The position numbers and the translations under genes are program-made. Below, one piece after another: positions 57,301 to 64,000 of a stretch of DNA of 64,000 nucleotides. Numbering within the stretch: position 1 is the first letter of the stretch; each line of letters begins with the position of its first letter. Source of the DNA: the human T2T-CHM13v2.0 reference genome, Homo sapiens. The stretch lies in NCBI RefSeq assembly GCF_009914755.1, contig NC_060938.1; one strand, 5' to 3'. Under the pieces are notes generated by a model that was not told the DNA's origin, searched no databases, and saw only the letters and a list, made by a program, of their open reading frames with translations.

Positions 57301-58870
57301 ATGGGATGGAGTGGAATCAAACCGAGTGGAATGGAATGGAATGCAGTGGAAAGGAATTAAATGGAATGGATCAGAATGGAATCCAATGGAATCAACTGGA
57401 ATGGAGTGGTATGGAAGGGAATGGAATGGAATGGAATGGAATGGAATAAATCCGGGTGGAGTGGAATGGAATGTAATGGAGTGGAATATAATGGAATTTA
57501 TTGGAATGGAATGGAATGGAATGGAATGGAACGGAATGGAATGGAAGGAAATGGATTGGATCGGAATGGAATCCAATGGAATCAACTGGAATGGAATGGA
57601 ATGGGATGGAATAAATCCGTGTGGAGTGGAATGGAATGTAATGGAGTGGAATGGAATGGAATTTAGTGGAATGGAATGGAATGGAATGGAATGGAATGGA
57701 ATGGAAAGGAATCAACCCGAAAGGAATTGAACGGAATGGAATGGAAAGGAAAGGAATGGAATGGAATGGAATGGAATGGAATGGAATCAACCCGAATGAG
57801 ATGGCATGGAATGGAATGGAATGGAATGGAATGGAATGGAATGGAATCAACCCAAGTGCAATGGATGGAATGGAATGCAATGGAATGCACCCGAGTGGAA
57901 TGGAATGGAATGGAATGGACTGGAATGGAATGGAATGCAATGGAATTCAATGGAGTGGAATGGAACGGAATAGAGTGGAATTGAATAAACACCGGGGGAA
58001 TGAAATGGATTGGAATGTAATGTAATGGAATGGAATGGAATGGAATGAAATCAACCCGAGTGGAATGGAACGGAATGGAGTGGAATGGAAAGGAATGAAT
58101 GGAATGGAATGGTGAGGAATCAACACGAGAGGAATGGAATGGAATGGAACGGAAAGGAATGGAAAGAAATGGAATGGAATGAACCCGAATGGAATGGAAT
58201 GGATTGGAATGGAATGGAATGGAATCAACCCGAGCGGAAAGGAATGGAATGCAATGGTGTGGAATGGAATGTAATGGAATGGAATGGAATGGAATGAAAT
58301 CATCACGAATGGAATGGAACGGAATGGAATGGGATGGGATGGAATGTATTGGAATGGAAGTTAATCAACACGAATGGAATGGAATGGAAAGGAATGGAAT
58401 GAAATGGAATGGAATGGAATGGAATGGAATGAAATGGAAAGGAACGGATTGGAATCAACAGGAGTGGAATGGAATGGAACGGAATGGAATCAACCCGAGT
58501 GGAATGAAATGGAATGTAATGCAATGGGATGGAGTGGAATCAAACCGAGCGGAATGGAATGGAATGGAATGGAATGGAATGGAATGGAATGCAATGAAAT
58601 GGAATTGATTGGAATGGAATCCAATGGAATCAACTGGAATGGAATGGAATGGAATGGAATGGAATGGAATGGAATGGAATTTATTAAATCCGGGTGTAGT
58701 GGAATGGAATGGAATGGAATGGAATGGAATGGAATGGAATGGAATGGAATTTAGTGGAATGGAATGGAATGGAATGTAAAGGAATGGAATGGAATCAACC
58801 AGAATGGAATGGAACGGAATGGAATGGAAAGGAATGGAAAGGTATGGAATGGAATGGAATGGAATGGAAT
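54335..58870 (+). repeat. 2413 bp-period tandem duplication
   Basis: Private variants recur at ~2413 offset: GAGCGGAGAGG, GATTCAACACTAGTGGAATCG (ACTAGT 54824/57237), AATGCACCCG, CCCGAAAGGAATTG. ORF pairs 54533/56946 and 55776/58189. Confidence 0.92.
56170..56730 (+). repeat. 280 bp tandem duplication
   Basis: GCAATGAAATGGAATTGATTGG at 56178/56458 and GGAAAGGTATGG at 56413/56693. Confidence 0.9.
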
Positions 58871-58959
58871 GGAATGGAATGGAATGGAATGGAATCAACC
58901 CGAATGGGATGGCATGAAATTGAACGGAATGCAATGGAATTCAATGGAATGGAATGGAA

Positions 58960-61900
58960 TCTCCCTAAGTGCAATGGAATGGAATGGAATGCAATGGAAT
59001 CCACCCGAGTGGAATGGAATGGAATGGAATGGAATGGAATGGAATGGAATGGAATGGAATGGAATGGAATCAACCCTAATGGAATTGAACGGAATGGAAT
59101 GGAAAGGATTGGAATGGAATGGAATGGAATGGAATGGAATGGAATGGAATCAACCCGAATGGGATGGCATGGAATGGAATGGAATGGAATGGAATGGAAT
59201 GGAATGGAATGGAATGGAATGGAATCAACACGAGTGGAATGGAATGGAACGGAATGGAATCAACACGAGTGGAATGAAATGGAATGTAATGCAATGGGAT
59301 GGAGTGGAATCAACCCGAGCGGAATGGAATGGAATGCAGTGGAAAGGAATGAAATGGAATGGATCGGAATGGAATCCAAAGGAATCAACTGGAATGGAAT
59401 GGTATGGAAGGGAATGGAATGGAATGGAATGGAATGGAATAAATCCGGGTGGAGTGGAATGGAATGTAATGGAGTGGAATATAATGGAATTTATTGAAAT
59501 GGAATGGAATGGAATGGAATGGAACGGAATGGAATGGAATGAAATGGATTGGATCGGAATGGAATCCAATGGAATCAACTGGAATGGAATGGAATGGAAT
59601 GGAATAAATCCGTGTGGAGTGGAATGGAATGTATTGGAGTGGAATGGAATGGAATGGAATGGAATGGAATGGAATGGAATGGAAAGGAATCAACCCGAAT
59701 GGAATTGAACGGAATGGAATGGAAAGGAATGGAATGGAATGGAACGGAATGGAATCAACCCGAATGGGATGGCATGGAATGGAATGGAATGGAATGGAAT
59801 GGAATGGAATGGAATCAACCCAAGTGCAATGGATGGAATGGAATGCAATGGAATCCACCCGAGTGGAATGGAATGGAATGGACTGGAATGGAATGGAATG
59901 CAGTGGAATTCAATGGAGTGGAATGGAACGGAATAGAGTGGAATTGAATAAACACCAGGGGAATGAAATGGATTGGAGTGAAATGGAATGGAATGGAATG
60001 GAATGGAACGAAATCAACCCGAATGGAATGGAACGGATTGGAATGGAATGGAAAGGAATGAATGGAATGGAATGGTGAAGAATCAACACGAGAGGAATGG
60101 AATGGAATGGAACGGAACGGAATGGAAAGAAATGGAATGGAATGAACCCGAATGGAATGGAATGGATTGGAATGGAATGGAATGGAATCAACCCGAGCGG
60201 AAAGGAATAGAATGCAATGGAGTGGAATGTAATGGAATGGAATGGAATGGAATGGAATGGAATCATCACGAATGGAATGGAACGGAATGGAATGGGATGG
60301 GATGGAATGGAATGGAATGGAAGTTAATCAACACGAATGGAATGGAATGGAAAGGAATGGAATGAAATGGAATGGAATGGAATGGAATGGAATGGAATGA
60401 AATGGAAAGGAACGGAATGGAATCAACAGGAGTGGAATGGAATGGAACGGAATGGAATCAACCCGAGTGGAATGAAATGGAATGTAATGCAATGGGATGG
60501 AGTGGAATCAACCCGAGTGCAATGGAATGGAATGGAATGGAATGGAATGGAATGGAATGGAATGGAATGGAATGGAATGGAATGCAATGAAATGGAATGG
60601 ATTGGAATGGAATCCAATGGAATCAACTGGAATGGAATGGAATGGAATGGAATGGATTAAATCCGGGTGGAGTGGAATGGAATGTAATGGAGTGGAATGT
60701 AATGGAATTTAGTGGAATGGAATGTAATGGAATGGAATGAAATGGATTGGAACGGAATGGAATCCAATGGAATCAACTGGAATGGAATGGAATGGAATGG
60801 AATGAAATGGAAAGGAACGGAATGGAATTAACACGAGTGGAATGGAATGGAACGCAATGGAATCAACCTGAGTGGAATGAAATGGAATGTAATGTAATAG
60901 GATGGAGTGGAATCAACCCGAGTGGAATGGAATGGAATGGAATGGAATGAAATGGAATTGATGTGAATGGAATCCAATGGAATCAACTGGAATGGAATGG
61001 AATGGAATGGAATGGAATGGAATGGAATAAATCCGGGTGGAGTGGAGTGGAATGTAATGGAGTGGAATATAATGGAATTTAGTGGAATGGAATGGAATGG
61101 AAGGAAATGGATTGGATCGGAATCGAATCCAATGGAATCAACTGGAATGGAATGGAATGGAATAAATCCGGGTGGAGTGGAATGGAATGTAATGAAGTGG
61201 AATGGAATGGAATTTAGTGGAATGGAATGGAATGGAATGGAATGGAATGGAATGGAATGGAATCAACCCGAATGGAATGGAACGGAATGGAATGGAATGG
61301 AATGGAATGGAATGGAATGGAATGGAATCATCCCGAATGGGATGGCATGGAATGGAATTCAGTGGAATGGAATGGAATGGAATGGAATGGAATGGAATGG
61401 AATGGAATGGAAACAACCCAAGTGCAATGGAATGGAATGGAATGCAATGGAATCCTCCCGAGTGGCATGGAATGGAGTGGAACGGAATGGAATAGAATGG
61501 AATGGAATGGAGTGGAATGGAACGGAATGGAGTGGAATGGAATAAACACCAGGGGAATGAAATGGATTGGAATGGAATGGAATGGAATGGAATGGAATGG
61601 AATGGAATGAACCCGAATGGAATGGAATGGATTAGAATGGAAAGGAGTGGAATCAACCCGAGCGGAAAGGAATGGAATGGAATGGAGTGGAATGGAATAT
61701 AATGGAATGGAGTGGAATGGAATGGAATGTAACGGAATGGAACGGAATGGAATCAACACGAATGGAATGGAATGGAATGGGATGGAATGGAATGGAATGG
61801 AAGTTAATCAACACGAATGGAATGGAACGGAATGCAATGGAATGGAATGGGATGGAATGGAATGGAATGGAATGGAATGAAATGGAAAGGAACGGAATGG

Positions 61901-64000
61901 AATCAACACTAGTGGAATGGAATGGAACGGAATGGAATCAACCCGAGTGGAATGAAATGGAATGTAATGCAATGGGATGGAGTGGAATCAAACCGAGCGG
62001 AATGGAATGGAATGCAGTGGAAAGGAATTAAATGGAATGGATCAGAATGGAATCCAATGGAATCAACTGGAATGGAATGGTAGGGAAGGGAATGGAATGG
62101 AATGGAATAAATCCGGGTGGAGTGGAATCGAATGGAACGGAGTGGAATATAATGGAATTTATTGGAATGGAATGGAATGGAATGAAATGGAATGGAATGG
62201 AATGGAACGGAATGGAATGGAAGGAAATGGATTGGATCGGAATGGAATCCAATGGAATCAACTGGAATGGAATGGAATGGGATGGAATAAATCCATGTGG
62301 AGTGGAATGGAATGTAATGGAGTGGAATGGAATGGAATTTAGTGGAATGGAATGGAATGGAATGGAATGGAATGGAATGGAATGGAAAGGAAACAACCCG
62401 AATGGAATTGAACGGAATGGAATGGAAAGGAATGGAATGGAATGGAATGGAATGGAATGGAATGGAATGGAATGGAATCAACCCGAATGGGATGGCATGG
62501 AATGGAATTTAATGGAATGGAATGGAATGGAATGGAATGGAATGGAATGCAATGGAATGGAATCAACCCAAGTGCAATGGATGGAATGGAATGCAATGGA
62601 ATCCACCCGAGTGGAATGGAATGGAATGGAATGGACTGGAATAGAATGGAATGCAATGGAATTCAATGGAGTGGAATGGAACGGAATAGAGTGGAATTGA
62701 ATAAACACCAGGGGAATGAAATGGATTGGAATGGAATGGAATCAACCCGAATGGGATGGCATGGAATGGAATTTAATGGAATGGAATGGAATGGAATGGA
62801 ATGGAATGCAATGGAATGGAATCAACCCAAGTGCAATGGATGGAATGGAATGCAATGGAATCCACCCGAGTGGAATGGAATGGAATGGAATGGACTGGAA
62901 TAGAATGGAATGCAATGGAATTCAATGGAGTGGAGTGGAACGGAATAGAGTGGAATTGAATAAACACCAGGGGAATGAAATGGATTGGAATGGAATGGAA
63001 TGGAATGGAATGGAATGAAATCAACCCGAGTGGAATGGAACGGAATGGAATGGAATGGAAAGGAATGAATGGAATGGAATGGTGAGGAATCAACACGAGA
63101 GGAATGGAATGGAATGGAACGGAAAGGAATGGAAAGAAATGGAATGGAATGAACCCGAATGGAATGGAATAGATTGGAATGGAATGGAATGGAATCAACC
63201 CGAGCGGAAAGGAATGGAATGCAATGGAGTGGAATGAAATGTAATGTAATGGAATGGAATGGAATGGAATCATCACGAATGGAATGGAACGGAATGGAAT
63301 GGGATGGGATGGAATGTATTGGAATGGAAGATAATCAACACGAATGGAATGGAATGGAAAAGAATGGAATGAAATGGAATGGAATGGAATGGAATGAAAT
63401 GGAAAGGAACGGAATGGAATCAACAGGAGTGGAATAGAATGGAACGGAATGGAATCAACCCGAGTGGAATGAAATGGAATGTAATGCAATGGGATGGAGT
63501 GGAATCAACCCGAGTTGAATGGAATGGAATGGAATGGAATGGAATGGAATGGAATGGAATGGAATGGAATGCAATGAAATGGAATGGATTGGAATGGAAT
63601 CCAATGGAATCAACTGGAATGGAATGGAATGGAATGGAATGGAATGGAATGGAATGGAATGGAATGGAATGGAATGGATTAAATCCGGGTGTAGTGGAAT
63701 GGAATGGAATGGAATGGAATGGAATGGAATGGAATGGAATGGAATTTAGTGGAATGGAATGGAATGGAATGTAAAGGAATGGAATGGAATCAACCAGAAT
63801 GGAATGGAACGGAATGGAATGGAAAGGAATGGAATGGAATGGAATGGAATGGAATGGAATCAACCTGAATGGGATGGCATGAAATGGAACGGAATGCAAT
63901 GGAATGGAATGGAATGGAATGGAATCTCCCTAAGTGCAATGGAATGGAATGGAATGAAATGGAATCCACCCGAGTGGAATGGAATGGAATGGAATGGAAT
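58960..64000 (+). repeat. Diverged copy of ~34330-39030 (includes a third copy of the start of the 17 kb block from ~60563)
   Basis: Marker order is conserved at ~24.6-25.0 kb offset: CTCCCTAAG 34335/58961, TTTATTGAAAT 34874/59480, TGTAATAGGA 36272/60893, TTAGAATGGAAAGGAG 36981/61632, CTCCCTAAG 38956/63926. Confidence 0.8.
62475..62995 (+). repeat. ~260 bp tandem duplication
   Basis: GACTGGAATAGAATGG at 62634/62893, AAACACCAGGGG at 62703/62962, and GGCATGGAATGGAATTTAAT present twice. Confidence 0.9.

Larger units (their letters stand above)
1..64000 (+). repeat. Human satellite 3-type (HSat3/SatIII) array, diverged (GGAAT)n
   Basis: Continuous GGAAT pentamers from end to end, with recurrent ATCAACCCGAGT / ATCAACACGA interruptions. 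This is the established hallmark of HSat3; the HSat2-type CATTCGATTC / ATCATCGAATGG pattern is not dominant. Single orientation and no unique sequence. Confidence 0.97.

Noticed and set aside
150-63774. Hundreds of + strand ORFs encoding (MEWNG)n, up to ~314 aa
   Set aside because: Pure GGAAT has no stop codon in any frame and an ATG in Kozak-like context (GGAATGG) every 5 nt, so overlapping ORFs in all frames are expected. Frames are broken by pentamer indels between copies. The peptide resembles the poly-WNGME product of SCA31 TGGAA repeats only because the repeat is the same.
266-63899. Minus-strand (IPFHS)n ORFs, e.g. 39860-40804
   Set aside because: Same artefact on the CATTC strand. 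Length differs between near-identical copies (195 vs 314 aa) through slippage alone.
1-64000. CRISPR-like repeat/spacer pattern formed by variant words between GGAAT runs
   Set aside because: The 'spacers' are not unique, lengths are irregular, there is no leader or cas gene, and the words are mutated pentamers.
1-64000. Canonical heat-shock elements (inverted nGAAnnTTCn)
   Set aside because: The nGAAn units are all head-to-tail. The few TTC occurrences (GAATTC, GATTC) lack the GAAnnTTC spacing where I checked, so no site is annotated.
1-64000. Alpha satellite / CENP-B boxes, telomeric repeats, Alu or L1 fragments, strand inversion
   Set aside because: No 171-bp monomer, TTAGGG tract, non-pentameric sequence or CATTC-oriented segment was seen.
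1-64000. Assignment to a specific chromosome, species or HSat3 subfamily
   Set aside because: This needs k-mer comparison with reference assemblies. Similar arrays exist on several human chromosomes and in other apes.

Overview
The whole 64 kb is classical satellite DNA: a diverged (GGAAT)n/(CATTC)n array with interspersed CAACCCGAGT/CAACACGA words. This is the signature of primate human satellite 3 (HSat3/SatIII) pericentromeric heterochromatin. The G-rich strand is on + throughout, with no inversion. I find no credible gene, RNA gene, mobile element or CRISPR array, and every listed ORF (MEWNG / IPFHS repeats) is a translation artefact of the pentamer. The real information is nested structure: pentamer, then ~1.1 kb monomers of a few recognisable types, then local duplications of 125, 259, 269, 280, 2413 and ~3.5-3.6 kb, then a 3.7-4.5 kb segment repeated at 7.56 kb spacing, then a near-identical ~17 kb block repeated at 35.9 kb spacing with a third, more diverged start 24.6 kb later. 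A ~9.6 kb island of more diverged monomers (16.9-26.6 kb) interrupts the first block at the only +1 register shift I found. Species, chromosome and subfamily cannot be fixed by eye. Coordinates were read manually, so boundaries inside pure GGAAT runs are approximate. No novel protein-based system is supported.
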